Assembly (NCBI RefSeq): GCF_000002075.1 | Contig: NW_004797589.1 | Location: 82,620-146,619 of the forward strand | Source of the DNA: Aplysia californica | Taxonomy: Eukaryota | Direction of reading: 5' to 3' | DNA length: 64,000 nucleotides | Part shown: positions 25,482 to 38,630 of the stretch, in pieces | How positions within the stretch are numbered: the stretch's first letter is position 1 | Layout of the letters: each line of letters starts with the position of its first letter | The notes under the pieces: model-generated | Database searches by the model: none | The model's input: the letters and a program-made list of their open reading frames with translations, nothing else | Told to the model about the DNA's origin: nothing | Made by a program: the position numbers and the translations under genes

Positions 25482-26857
25482 GGGAGGACTTCCGTAACGA
25501 GCGACCACTATTAATTCAAGATTGTACTTGTTGAGCACCACAATTCTTATGGGAGAACGAAAGTCACTGTTATACTACCTGGACATGACAAAATTACGGT
25601 CCTTTGCACAGTTTTAGGCCCTGTTCAACGATTTGAAGATCTGAGTCGGGGATTAGTAAAATTTACTCAGGGCGCAGCCATTATTGACCCGGCATACTTT
25701 ATCAACTTCCGCTCTTCGGGAGGGCTGATTTGCCAGGTTTTCTTAGGTTTCTAGCCAAATTCTCATCTCGATTAATCCTCCAATGAATAACGAGCGACCA
25801 CTATGAAACAGGGTAGAAGAGACATTTAAGGATTAGGGCTAAGGGTAGGGGTAGGAGTAAGGGTAGGGTTAGTGTTTAGGGTTAGGGTTACAGTTAGAGT
25901 TAGGGTTTAGGGGTATTAAGAGTTAGGGTTTAGGGGTTTGGGTTAGGGTTTAGGGATAGGGTTAGTTTTAGAGTTAGGGTTTAAGGGTATTTAGGTTTAG
26001 GGTTAAAGTTAGGGATAGGGGTAGCATTAGATATAAATCACCGACCTTCTCAGTAAGCTCAGGCGTCCAGTCCTGGGTAAACCTTGCTATTTGTTATATG
26101 TACTGTTTTCACTCTTACACATGGAGATGGGATAACAAAGCCCTGAGGTTGCGATTGGTTACAACAGAATGCGTCTTCTAGATTCTTGTCTTTCTTTTTT
26201 TCTCCCGCTCAAAACACGTGCGAAATGATTTTGTTATTTTTTAAAGGTAGACCGGTACGGAGAAATCCGCGCTTGTCCACAGCGGCAACTCAGAAAACGA
26301 AAGTCCGCCATTTTATGCAAATGAGGTTAACGCGACTCAGAAATTTCCATTTGGGGGGGGGGGGGTTGTTGCCGATCATATCATCTTTCGTAATTTTGCG
26401 AAAGAACCTCGACAAAATCCTGCGAGGTAAAAAATAATTGCGTTTTGGTAGTTTTGAAAGGTGATACACTTCCACTTTTTAACTCAACTAGGTTTATAAG
26501 AACTTTTTTTTTCCACATTGGTAACACCAGCTGTTAAGCATAGTGGTTATAATAAATGCTGCTGGACTACTAATCATGTTTGCTTCCCTTACTTACAGGT
26601 TCGATTCCCGGCCACGCCACTGATTTTTCTAATCCTGTCATATTATTATGTATGCTTTCAGATGTTAACATGTCACTAATAATTCCCATTCCAGGTGAAG
26701 AGATAAAGGAAGGCAAGAGGAATACAAAATAACACAAATTCAGTTTACTTTCTTTATTGCCCAACCAAATACTAAACCCTATCTTTTACATGTCCCACTC
26801 AAAAGTCCCTTCTTTATTGCGTACATTGGAGTGGTCGCTCGTTATGGAAGTCCTTCC
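25482..26857. mobile_element. Merlin-like non-autonomous DNA transposon
   Basis: 8-bp TSD TAAACTCA; 28-bp TIRs GGGAGGACTTCCGTAACGAGCGACCACT and AGTGGTCGCTCGTTATGGAAGTCCTTCC; GG...CC termini. Confidence 0.75.
25833..26022 (+). repeat. Degenerate telomere-like (TTAGGG/TTTAGGG)n array
   Basis: Many TTAGGG, TTTAGGG and GTAGGG units. Confidence 0.9.
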
Positions 26858-27737
26858 TAAACTCAAATAACTCTTGTCCTGCGTCTGTGCTGAGATGCGA
26901 ATCTTATCAGCAACCGATTACGTCGGACGTTCCGGGGTTACTCGGCGTGTACTGTTGGTGTACAGCGCGCGCGCCGGGAAACTTGTGTTTTCGCCATGAA
27001 TACCGTGGGCGCGGGAGTGTTAATCAATGATGAAAATAACGCTCTATCTTTCATAGCTTTCTATTTATAAAGTGTTACAAACACATGTATAACCCCCCTC
27101 TCATAAGCTGATAAGACATTCATTACGAGTAGTTACGCCCATATTCGAATAACCTTTGTAGACGCTCTTGTTGTTATGAATGACCTGAGGTTCGAAAGGG
27201 AATAATAGGTCAATTTCCGAATGTTTTGCACTCAAATTGTTCTTTGTACCTGCACAATGGTATTCAAAACTATCAAACAAGCTTATTTTTTTATCAGGTA
27301 GTATCATTTCACACAAAATCAAGCTCATTTGAAAGATTTTGTAGAGAAAAATGGAAGTCTTGTTTCCTGACTATCCTTTCGAGCTCCTCATGTCTGAGTG
27401 GGTCAATTTCTTCTATAATTTCATTGGACGATCATCTAGAGCTACCGACTTGGCGTGTTTTGAATGAGACGTATGCCTCAATTATGGACCAACGCAGGCA
27501 GTTCTAGAAGAAGGCCACAAATGCACACAAACTCAAGCTGACTGGCGCACACACACTTGACCTGTGTGAATGGGGATCCGACGCGGGACCCGAATTTTAC
27601 CTGAGATGATGCTCGGTGCGCTGAGCCAGGGGCTAGACTGACTCGCGACCAGAACGCAGGTGATGTGCTGAAATAGGCTTATCGGGCGACATAAACCCGG
27701 CCCCCTCAGGACGAGGGTTAAAAACAATGCCACTTAC

Positions 27738-27873
27738 CATACAAATTTATCTTTTCTCCAATATCAGTCCATTGCTTATTCAAATACACTCTGTTGCAAT
27801 AATTGTCGTTTGTCTTGTCAAATACAGCTGGCCGCTTTTGCACCTCTTCAATTAATCTTTCACAAGGGTCCAT
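27738..27873 (-). pseudogene. MADF/Myb-SANT-like domain exon (MDPCERLIEEVQKRPAVFDKTNDNYCNRVYLNKQWTDIG), probably from a Harbinger element
   Basis: LIxEVxxRPxxxD...Y.N......W..I MADF pattern; ends at a GTAAGT donor; no next exon found. Confidence 0.65.
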
Positions 27874-29451
27874 GATTTTAGTGAAACAAGTGCAAGACGT
27901 ACGCTGGAACACAAAGGCAAAGGATACACTGCGTTGACGGTCGAAAGCCGGGAAGTTTTTAGTGCTGCAGTAAAAAGCTTTCTTGAAGAATTTTTCACAA
28001 TCGGAAATGAACAGACGTGAAACAGACGCAAGGTAACCACTGTGGCGCCAACACATGTATTTTGGTGGCAATAAAGAAGACCATATCGTACCTTCCGTTA
28101 ACGAGGCGTTAGGTCACAGATGTCAACTCACGCTTTTGTGCAGAAAACGCATGCGCGCCGAATCCACATTTAGTGGAGTGCTAAATCTAGACGACATCTG
28201 TAGATCCAGATGCCAGCCTGCTGAATTGACAGCCCAGGAGACTGACTGGGATCTCAACAGAAACTTTTATTTTTCATAGTGTCAATTGCCGCCGAGTAAA
28301 TTGGAGCTCTTTTGCGTTGGTGGGTAGATCAAGCGTATTGTGCTCGGTGTTTGTGCGTTCGCCTCTCTGTCCCTCTGTGTGTGTGTATGTGTCTTTTCTG
28401 CTTGAGTTTGTGTGCGTTTGTGACCTTCTACTTCTAGAATTGCCTGTTCTACACCAAAGTGTGGGCTAAGGCTAGCCTAGATCTAGGCCTACATCTCATT
28501 GAAAACACGCCAAGTTGGTACCGTAGCTCTAGACTAGATGCTCGTCCAATGAAATTAGTTGAGAAGAAATTGACCCATTAGACACACATTATGTATAATG
28601 CTAAAGAAAGTGTTTCCAGACTTGACACCGCTTCACTCGGTGGCAATTGACACAAAGTCAATTTTTGTCAATTGCCACCGCGTCACTCGGTGGCAATTGA
28701 CGCTACCTTTATTTTATGGGTAGAGTTAAATGTAGGGAAAGGGGCAGGGGGATAAAAGTTTGGTTAGAATTGTAATAGAGTAGACCTTGATCTAGGTCTA
28801 CTTGAATGGTGGGGCCAAAACCGTAGTTAGCAATACCACACGCCCTGCCCCGACAGTGCGAAAATATATGCTGCAAACCGAATTCTCTTGAACCTTTTTA
28901 ACCATTTACTGCTTGAAGTCTTAACTAAATATGATAATTTGTGCAGCTAAATTTAGTGTGATTTGATCAAATTGTACCATGTCAAGCGAACGCACGGAAA
29001 GTATTGTTTGGCAGTTATTTGAGAAAAATAACTTCTCTAGAAGTTTGTTCGCACATCACACTCTTGTTCCAGGAATCCAAAGTAAACACTGCAATTTCAC
29101 TAAAATATTCAATAGGGTAGCCTAAAAACACACAAAACAGTCCTGTACGTCACATTCAACGCAAGATTCTTGTGCATCATCGGACGCTGACGGCAACGGC
29201 AATGACTACTTTCGTTTTTCTCTTTCCGCCGTTGCATCCGCTGTTCAGGGGAAGCGGGTAAGGGGAAGTCACTCGAGAAAAACAATTATATCCAGGCACT
29301 GTTGGTGATCTGTTCAAAACAAAAGTGGGCTAAACTTCGGACTTCCAGTACGTCGCAAATTGATGACGATCATGGGGAATGTGAACCAGCCGACGGAAAT
29401 CGTAGATCTAGAAACCCGATGTTCCTTTCGCGCATCACAGCTTTTGAAGTA

Positions 29452-29452
29452 T

Positions 29453-29486
<34 letters not shown>

Positions 29487-29545
29487 GCATTTATACTGCG
29501 CATTTCCATTTTCTAAAAGATGCACAATGCGCATTACAAAGAAAA
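29452..29545 (-). mobile_element. L2-type retroposon 3' tail ending in (TTA)n
   Basis: Minus strand GCGCATTGTGCATC...ATGCGCAGTATAAATGC followed by (TTA)n; similar tail at 61841-61910. Confidence 0.55.
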
Positions 29546-31549
29546 AGACATAACGTATTAAAAATTAATCAACAAGTGCGTACATAAAACAACGTATTAT
29601 ACATATAATATAAATGCATATGTGTAAAATTTTATATGAGAAAAATAGTCTCGCAGTGAGGTTGAAAATGTGTTCACTAAAAAAACAATGCAATAAAAAT
29701 TCACGAACAGTCACAATAAAGTTGAAACGTGAGTAACTAGAAACATTCATTAAAACATTAATTCTATACCGATAGAAAAACATTTCCTNNNNNNNNNNNN
29801 NNNNNNNNNNNNNNNNNNNNNNNNNNNNNNNNNNNNNNNNNNNNNNNNNNNNNNNNNNNNNNNNNNNNNNNNNNNNNNNNNNNNNNNNNNNNNNNNNNNN
29901 NNNNNNNNNNNNNNNNNNNNNNNNNNNNNNNNNNNNNNNNNNNNNNNNNNNNNNNNNNNNNNNNNNNNNNNNNNNNNNNNNNNNNNNNNNNNNNNNNNNN
30001 NNNNNNNNNNNNNNNNNNNNNNNNNNNNNNNNNNNNNNNNNNNNNNNNNNNNNNNNNNNNNNNNNNNNNNNNNNNNNNNNNNNNNNNNNNNNNNNNNNNN
30101 NNNNNNNNNNNNNNNNNNNNNNNNNNNNNNNNNNNNNNNNNNNNNNNNNNNNNNNNNNNNNNNNNNNNNNNNNNNNNNNNNNNNNNNNNNNNNNNNNNNN
30201 NNNNNNNNNNNNNNNNNNNNNNNNNNNNNNNNNNNNNNNNNNNNNNNNNNNNNNNNNNNNNNNNNNNNNNNNCTCTCTCTCTCTCTCTCTCTCTCGACGA
30301 AAAGCAAAAAGATTTGACCAGCTGTGGTGATTCTACTGAAAAATATGGTGTTTTCCGAAACACCTAGTCCATGACGACACAACTGACGCACAAGTGATCC
30401 GAATTATTCGTTTATTTGCAAACAAATAAACCGATTTCTTGAGCAAGTGAACCTTTCTCGATGATAAACAGCATAGAATCAAAGCACAGGTTTTTAAAAA
30501 AAACCACGAAAATACTAAATTTTGGACATTCTTGGAAGTTTGCATTGGTGTGCTCAAAATGACAGTCCAGGAATCACAAAAAAAACGAACATTTTTGGCA
30601 CAAAATTTACAAACTCAAGATTGTAAAGCTGACACGGGGTCTGGAACTGCTAATGCAGGTTCTACATCCTATGTTTGACATGTGTATAAGTTTTGGAGGA
30701 ATAAATACTAATGCATCACATTTTATGCACACTAATGTGAGATGTATGAGTTTTTCCCCATGTTTTGGCAATGGCTCATGTACCCGGCAATTTTGATTTA
30801 TGACAAAATAAAATTACAAAATGGACGGTAAATCTGACTGCAGAAATAATTTTTCCACCGAAAGGCACATTAGGTAGCCAAGTTTCTTTCAAACGCTCCT
30901 TTTAATTAATGAGTTGTCAGCGATTTTCTTACAGAATCTGTTGTTACATGGTCCATTTCAGGAGTATTTCTCTATTTGTGTCATCCATGTTTAGCCAAAC
31001 TTTACAACCCTATAACTTTTATTTTTATGAACCGATTCTTTAAAAAAGAATAATGCTCAGAATAGAAAACCCTGTCTTGGGTACCAAATAGAAAAGGGTT
31101 CATTCGGAAAATTAATTTTTCATTGGCATTGCTACTTAACGACCCCCAGACATTGCCATTTCAACATATTGATAAAATAAAAATTATTGACAGGGCTGAG
31201 AAGTGTCCGCCTAAAGGCGGAATTCCGCTCATTGCAACCCCTCCGTCCGCTCATCCGAACGCCTCTTCCGCCTTTTTTCCGAGTTTTATATTATAATAAT
31301 AGTGTAGTAAGGGCGAATGCTAGGCCCTGGGAATTTGATAAAAATCGCCGAGACCCGGGAATTTGAGGAAATCTGTAAACTGCCCCAAAAAATGATGAAA
31401 GTGAAGAAACTGGCATTTTCTCGCAGGTTTGGGGAATTTTTGTTTTTGGGTTCAACTCCTTTCATGCTCTTTAAAGAACACATTTCTGTTTTGGATTTTA
31501 CTGAAAAATGTTGAATAAAGGCATAAAAGGTGTAAATGTTTAGTTTCCC

Positions 31550-32046
31550 CAAAGATAGTAAATAACAAGATGGGCCACTCAGCCAAAAAAGTGTCCGCAG
31601 GAAGTATGCTCTTTGCTTCAGATGGCGCTGCAGTCTGTTTTGAAGCTCTCTTTCGTTTTTCCAGAAGAAGAATAGGAATAGCACCTCCTTGCGTGCGCAG
31701 ATCGACTGCTGTTCATCAGCAGTACGGGTTCGTTCAGTACAGAGTTTTAGTTTTTTTTTAATTTTTAATGACCTCTCGCCTTTCATTCTAAAGTCAAATT
31801 AAACGAAGAAAACAATCACCCTTTCCTCCGGAAGAGGTTTTTTGTCAGCGTAACCATTCAAAAAAAGCGTTCTTCCGAAATTCATTAAAAAAACTTGCTA
31901 GTTTCACTCTGATTTTTTAAACTCAAGTAGGATAACTCTGTTCGCAAAAGGTGCGCTTTTGTGAAGAGGGCGCCACCGAATTTTGAGGACACTTTTTTAA
32001 TTGGCTCAAAGAGAGAAGTGGCCCATCTTGTTATGTACTATCTTTG
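31550..32046. mobile_element. P-element-like MITE
   Basis: 30-bp TIRs CAAAGATAGTAAATAACAAGATGGGCCACT and AGTGGCCCATCTTGTTATGTACTATCTTTG; 7-bp TSD GTTTCCC. Confidence 0.8.
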
Positions 32047-32689
32047 GTTTCCCCAGACTCACAAGTGAAGGAAATAACAGTGGCGGCCATTTTCTCACAA
32101 ATTTTACCTCAGAAACTGGGCGACCCCTCCTCCTTCAATCGCCTATAACTTGACTTGTATACAAGATAAATGGATATTTTTGAAAGTCAAAAGCAAGGCT
32201 AATGAACTGGCTTGAAGAGATGATACCAATAACTCCATATGTCCCCAAACTGATGAGCACCTGATTCCACGGCGTCTTGATACATATTATATGATAGCTG
32301 TCACAGTCTTTTTGTGGTTTTATGATTCAATATGCCCCAGAACTGTCAGGCATCTATGGTTGTTTGGTGAAAAATAGCTCATGCTCAAGTAAGTTAAAAG
32401 TTCCTTTCATTATTAACAAGGAGTGCTCAGTGCATAAAAGGAACAATGATCATTTTTTTAAACTGTTGTAATATACAAAATACACAGATTGTGTTACTTG
32501 TTACATTATCACGAACTATTTAGTGACAACAATAGATTTGATGTGCTCTCAATCTTTCTCTGAGTATGTCTTTTCTAAGCCCTCCTCTCCAAGCAAGTTT
32601 TTTTTACCCCCGGGTCTCTTTTACTGCATTTTGCTTCTCCTTCCACTGTCCGATGGGATGTCTAAAATGTGTTTAATTTGCTTTTTCAG

Positions 32690-32814
32690 GAAGATGTTGA
32701 GGAGTTCATGAAGAAAGCAGAAAATGAATCTGCAGAGTCTGTTTTGAAACGGCAAGAGGAATTGCATCAGAAGTTCAAGTTTATGGAGTATAATTTGAAT
32801 ATGAAGAAATCAAG
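32690..32814 (+). CDS. VBP1: Prefoldin subunit 3 exon 2: EDVEEFMKKAENESAESVLKRQEELHQKFKFMEYNLNMKKSR
   Basis: 125 nt, AG/GT borders; EDV..FM and KxKFME motifs. Confidence 0.93.
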
Positions 32815-33022
32815 GTGGGTGTTGTCTTGATCTTGACAACAGTTCTAAGTTTGACACAGGGACACAGCTTATTTCCTGTGGGGATAGAGCATTGTATGAA
32901 TTCTATTTATTATTACTACTATCAGCATTATTATTATTAAACTTTTAGATTATTTCTTTTTATCATATTTATTATTTTCTGCAATTTTCTTTACATATGG
33001 CTTTTCTTTTCAGTTGTATATA

Positions 33023-33853
33023 CAGTCGAACCTGTGTAAGACAGAATCGCAAGGGAGCCAGAAAAAAATTCCATCTTAGAAGGGGGAGAATTTAGGGAGA
33101 GGTGGGGGGGGGGTCAAAGGCCCTGCTGGTGGGATCAAGGATCGCTTGTCTGATCGGCAAGCAGTGGTCAAAACTTCACACCTCTCAGCTGCTATCATGT
33201 CTGATAATGACATGCGTCAGTCTTACTTATCTAATTACCACCAGTGCTTGCCTTTCATAGGACCACTGTTTGGCCTATTTAAAACAGAAACATTTGAACA
33301 TCTCCTTTGCCCCCACCCATCGGTGTAAAAAGCACAGTCAAGCTATGCCACCCTTCGCTGCCATGTAACAACGATTCGAGGAACTCTTTTCTCGACTCAC
33401 CGTACGATCAGGTGTTATTTCACACCTCTTGCTTCTGGCTACCCAGGAAAGTTTCCGTAGTGGCTTGCTACTCGAGTACTCTTACATGAAGTCGTGAGAT
33501 TTCACACCCACATTACCCTGACCATCTGCATCGCTCAGGGCTCACATGATGGGGTAACATCTTCCCCCGAATTGCACCCCTACTCCTCTTCCTCGCCCAG
33601 CGGCATGGCCATACCGTTAAGTTTAGAGCTGGCATAATCAAACTTGTGAGTTTTGTTTAAAATCAGGGTTGAGCGGGCAAAGCATTTTCCGTCTTACACA
33701 GGTGAAAGCCTCGGAAGGGAGCAGATTTTTCTTTCCGTTTCCACGTTGGACAGGTTTCCGTTTTATACAGGTAATTAAAGAGGAATATATCAAGTGAGGA
33801 GCTCGGAGATTCTGTTAAGAGATGTTTCTATTGAGGTAGGTACGGTTCGACTG
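33023..33853. mobile_element. Tigger-like MITE
   Basis: TA|CAGTCGAACC ... GGTTCGACTG|TA. Confidence 0.75.
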
Positions 33854-35249
33854 TAATTCATTTTAGTAGGCCCTACATGTGGAGTGGCCTTTTATAAATT
33901 CCTTTTAATTTTAACAATTGGTCGTAAATGGTAGTAAATTTGCCGTGATGGTAGTAAACATTTGGTAAACGGTTGTAAATTAGCCTGCAAACCGAGTGAT
34001 GAAGCCAGCAAGACTTCAGTGAACCCTAGCCACGGTACATGACTCCATTTTTGCCGGTCGCAATTGTGATATAATATTCATTCACCTTTTCCCCCCTCCG
34101 AGAGTACGTTTCACGGGAAAAGATGGCGGCAGGCGGAAGTGTATGTGACACCGAGGCTCAATCGGGAAAATCAAGATCTACTTTCGCTTTCGTTGCCATC
34201 CAGAATTTTGCCACGCCATCCAGAATTTTGCCGGCGATAGACTGATAACGCAAAATTTGTGACGTGCAGGTTGTACAGTATAAACGCTGTGTCGCCGTGC
34301 AAATAAAAATTAATCAATACTCGGACTCGTCACCATGCTGTCACTTGTGGGAAAAAAAGAAAAGAAAATACAAGTGTCTTCCGATTTTTAGATTGTCGCG
34401 TTCGTCATCGTGACCGGTCAGTGAACCTTCATTCGAGGCACCACAAGATACGGCTTCAGTGAGCACTGGCATTTGTTGGGGTCCCCAAAGTTCATTAAAA
34501 GTCTGAGCGTTGCGAAGTATAGGACTACGGAATGGGGCCGGGATTATTGATTTTTTTAAAGAGATACGCTGGGGGGGGGGCTGAACTGAAGGCAACACCA
34601 GAGGACAAAAATTTGTTAGCAAATTTCAGAATTTTTATTAGATTTAGAGCCCTCTGCAAAGCACGCATTGGTGCAGGCCTTGTGTGGAATCGGGATCCTT
34701 CATACTTTGTAATTGTGAGTCGTGTTATTGAAATAAAGTGTTCGCGTTTCATTGGTTGGGTGATAGTAAATTAGAACACTATTGTAGCTTTCTGTTCAAG
34801 ACTGGCAGATTTTCAGTGTCACTGCCTCTTGCCCTCCCACAGTTCTTACATCTCTCACATTGAATAGGTCTACTTGAGCCATTCAAGTTATTGCTCTACT
34901 TTTAGTTTGAGCAATAATTTTTGTCTTTCACGTTCATAATATGAGTCATGACAACCAGACTGGTTCTTGACAGTAGAAATTCTTGTTCAAGGCCCCTCTG
35001 AATACTCAAAGCAGAATTCATTTTTTTAAAATATATAATAATGAGAGGAAAATATTATAACAGACTGAAATACTTAAGTCAAACAAGACCCCAGTGTGGC
35101 TCTGACATGTTGTTGACTGGATGTATTTTACATGTGTGTTACGTAACATGGCCCTGGAAAATGGATGACCCCCTGGAAAATTGAGGAGCTGGTTTGGAGG
35201 GTACACATTAGGTCTAAATCTACCCTCCCCCTCCCACCACCACTAGGGC

Positions 35250-35590
35250 AGTGCTACTGACTGAAGCGTCTTTAGGCCATTCTCAAAGGGAGGATTATAT
35301 TAACATGTTCTTATGCACAGTAGAATTGTAAATATGGGCTGATTTATCAATGTCATGCTCATACTGTGCTGGATCAACATAGGGGGAACTGCTGCTTTTT
35401 CTGTCCTCTTCTTTACTATTGTCATTTTCCTCTACTTCTTTTGTATGTTTGTCACTCTTGTGAACTACTATTTACGGGGTGCCTTGATAGTCGAAGCTTG
35501 ATTCCCCGTTTGGACTTCTCTGTTGACATCCACTCCTTGTTTCTCATATGACCTGCAATTGCAAGTGCCGTAAAAACCTTACTAAAACTA
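35250..35590 (+). mobile_element. Retroposon 3' fragment, family B (also at 45258-45633 and 53033-53408)
   Basis: Shared body GTGCTACTGACTGAAG...; tail CATATGAC...GCAAGTGCCGTAAAA. Confidence 0.6.
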
Positions 35591-36249
35591 CATCTAGCGG
35601 CAACAAAGCTTGCGATCGTCTGTCTATCCTCCATTTTGTGGACTGGACTTTGTTGTGTGTTGTTTTCGTTCCGTATATTATGTAATAATAATATATGTTA
35701 TTGATGGCGCAAATGAACTCCCTTTTTCGAGCTGGTGTGAGGCTTGATTTGCTGGGTAGTAAAAAATTTTCCAGGTAGTAAATTTTTTCAGGAAATATTG
35801 CTGGACACCCTGAATTTTGTTTTGTACTGTGCTTTGTTTTTGTGTTGGTATTGAATTGTAACGCGTGTGTGCACTGCTTTTAACAGGCTTTTTTATTTAG
35901 ATTCTGATTGGAAGTGTACAGACAAACATTATGATTTCCAAAGACAGACTGACATGACTTACCCTTTTTTCATTTTTAGCTTCAGTATTATTGTACTTTC
36001 CTGCGTGTCTTGCTCAGCATCAGGTTATATAGGGTTACAGAGAGAACTTTTTTAAAAATGTACTGGTAACATGTTTTGGCCAACAAGCTCTTCTTGTACA
36101 AAGTTAAGATGAAAACTTAAGTTTTTGTTCTTTTTTAAATAAATATCAGTTTTACAGAGCCCATCTGGATTGCAAAACTAAAGGAGTCTTCTTTGAAAGA
36201 AAATGTGTTCTTTTTTTAACATGTGATTTTCTGACATTTTTCACCACAG

Positions 36250-36316
36250 ATTGAAGAATCAAGTTCCTGATGTTAAAAGCTCCCTTGATATTGTGAAGCA
36301 TCTTAGAGTTAGAAAG
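36250..36316 (+). CDS. VBP1: Prefoldin subunit 3 exon 3: LKNQVPDVKSSLDIVKHLRVRK
   Basis: 67 nt, AG/GT borders; phase-2 join to exon 2. Confidence 0.92.
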
Positions 36317-37021
36317 GTGAGTGTTGGTGTGTGGACAATTCATACGGTCAGTTTTTAACAGGTTTAAGGCATTAGTGTCTGTTACGTAATGGTTAGACTC
36401 TTTACTGTTAAAAGGAGAAGGCATTGATCAGATTCCCACTTGGGGGTACTATTTTATCATGTATCTCTGTATGTCTGCGGAAGTGCTGTAAGTGTACAGC
36501 AGGCGCCACACTCATAACAGGATTTCAGCCTGAACAAGCTTATAATAAATCCCAAAGTCTTTTTGTCTCAAAGTTGCCACAAAAAATGGCAAAAGTTGCC
36601 ATTATTTTTAAGCTTTCAACTCTCTGACGACGCATATAATACCAGTATGTAGATAGAGGTAACTCAATCTAAAGCATCAGATTTCTTGTGCTCTGTTTTA
36701 AGCATCTAGAATATCATTTGTAGCCACACAGAGTGTGAAAACGTGAAAAATAAAGGTTTCACAACAGATTGAAATAAAAATTAGAACAGCACATAAACAA
36801 CCACAAAAAATTAACAAATAAGGGCGCGTGTCCACCTATCTGAAGATTGGCCGTTTTAACCCTTAACATGTGTAAAATAAGAAAGAGTGCTGGATATTAC
36901 ATGTTAATTATGGAATCACACACAAGGGGCCTGTCAGTGTCAGTATTCAGTTTTGGTGGAGACACTCTTTAACATAACCCTTTTATATATTTTTTTAAAC
37001 ATTAGGAACAACATCAAATTA

Positions 37022-37455
37022 AGGGTGGCTCTCGTGGCCTGGAGGTTAAAGTGTTCGCTTCTCATTCAAAGATCGCAGGTTCAAATCTGGGTAGGGACAA
37101 AAAAATATCTTCTCTAAAAAATAGTTTCCTTTAACCTCCTATCCTGCTCTCCAACAATGTTCTGTCATCTGCTTTTGTCTCCACGTTCTGCCCCATCCTC
37201 AGGGCTCCTGACTCTTTCTGCAGCCTTTCTACTGCTACTCATTGGCTCCTTCTTACTGCTGTCTTTCAGCCACATCCCTGATCTTCTGGTAGGAAATATC
37301 TACACCTAGCCCTCTCGGACAAGGGCGAAAAATCTCAGAGGTCCTAGGTGCAAGTGCGCATATTAAAGATCCCTTGGTGTTTTAAAATCGATAAAAGTAG
37401 GCTTCAGCCGCCGGCTGGGCAATTCAAAATTTCCTACCAACTAAAAATGTTTGGT
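37022..37455 (+). mobile_element. tRNA-SINE, Nin/Deu-like
   Basis: A-box TGGCCTGGAGG, B-box GGTTCAAATC, conserved core. Confidence 0.75.
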
Positions 37456-38630
37456 GTTTCCTGATTGGTCGCATGCAGTCGGCTAAGGGAATAATGGTTC
37501 ACCATGCAGGTGCAATGGATATGGTTGCCGGGAAAAGATCAAGTTCGTTGTGGGAGAAAAATGAGGGAAGCCAGGTCTGCAGGGGCTGTTCACCCTGAAA
37601 GTGACCTCGTTGAATCCGAGCTTGTTGATTTAAGTGTTCGTTGAGTTTTATTGATTTTAAAATCCCCAGTTACTGTGCAGTGTGTAGAAGCTGTGACGTT
37701 AGATGCACAGCACAAAGCACTAGGTGACCTTGATCAAGTTCAAAATTGACAACCAATAATTTTTTTTAAAAATTATTTAAAATTATGTTTGTTAAAGTTC
37801 AGATATCGCATCAAACCAGGCTCTTCACACACAACAGCTTTGCTTATTTTGAAAGGCTTATTCCGAAAATGAAATTAGATTTTAAATGCGAGAGTTATTT
37901 TTAAAAATTTGCTCGCAAAGTTAAATCTGACACAGCGGCATATATTTTTTTAAGGGATTCAATGTCCTGGTTTGTCTCTCCCATGTATGAAGTATGTCCC
38001 GTTTGATAGCTTTTGGCTGGTCCCCTTTGCCGACATTGAAATTCATTACAGGTTTAAGTGTTTGCATGTGAAAGTTGTTGTTTTTAAATTGAGACCTTAT
38101 TTACCGAAGCCGCAAAAGGACAGTATGGAAGGAGGGTATCTCATGCTGCTATGCACGTCATATGACCTAATGTATATTTTTTTTAACTTATTACGAATGG
38201 GTTTTGGGGGGGGGGGGGGGGGGGGGTTTCAGGAATAATTGCCTTTGCTGATGAACCTGAATGGGAACAACTTTTGTCTGGGATCCATTTGTCATAATGT
38301 TTGGTTAAAAATGGGTCTGTTTAAATATTGTGATTTTAAGTGGTGAACGACATCACTTATTATAGCTTACAGCTTTTTTGTCTCATAGAAGCCTACTGAT
38401 TTCTAAAAATTTTACATTTAGAAAGTGATACTCTTTATGTGTTAAAAGTTTACTCATCATTTTGTAATCTACTCCTTGAAGTGTTTTTGATTTGTTAATT
38501 CACGGCCCTGCAAGAGGTAGGGCCCCCTCCCCCCCCCGATGTTTGCTTTGGCTATAGAATTGTTTTGATGTGTTTTACGGGGTCCACTTGTTTTTCTTAC
38601 GTTTTCTCTTTGTTTTCATTCTTGTCACAG

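Noticed and set aside
25833-26022. True telomere or chromosome-fusion site
   Set aside because: Short, degenerate, single orientation and enclosed within a TSD-flanked transposon
29750-30391. Long ORFs crossing the N-run
   Set aside because: Artefacts of the assembly gap
19188-32814. In-frame COPS3-VBP1 fusion protein
   Set aside because: Splice phases are incompatible (1 vs 0)
34110-34150. Promoter or start of VBP1 (AAGATGGCGG and GGAAGT motifs)
   Set aside because: It lies downstream of exon 2, within intron 2, in repeat-like sequence with no VBP1-like peptide
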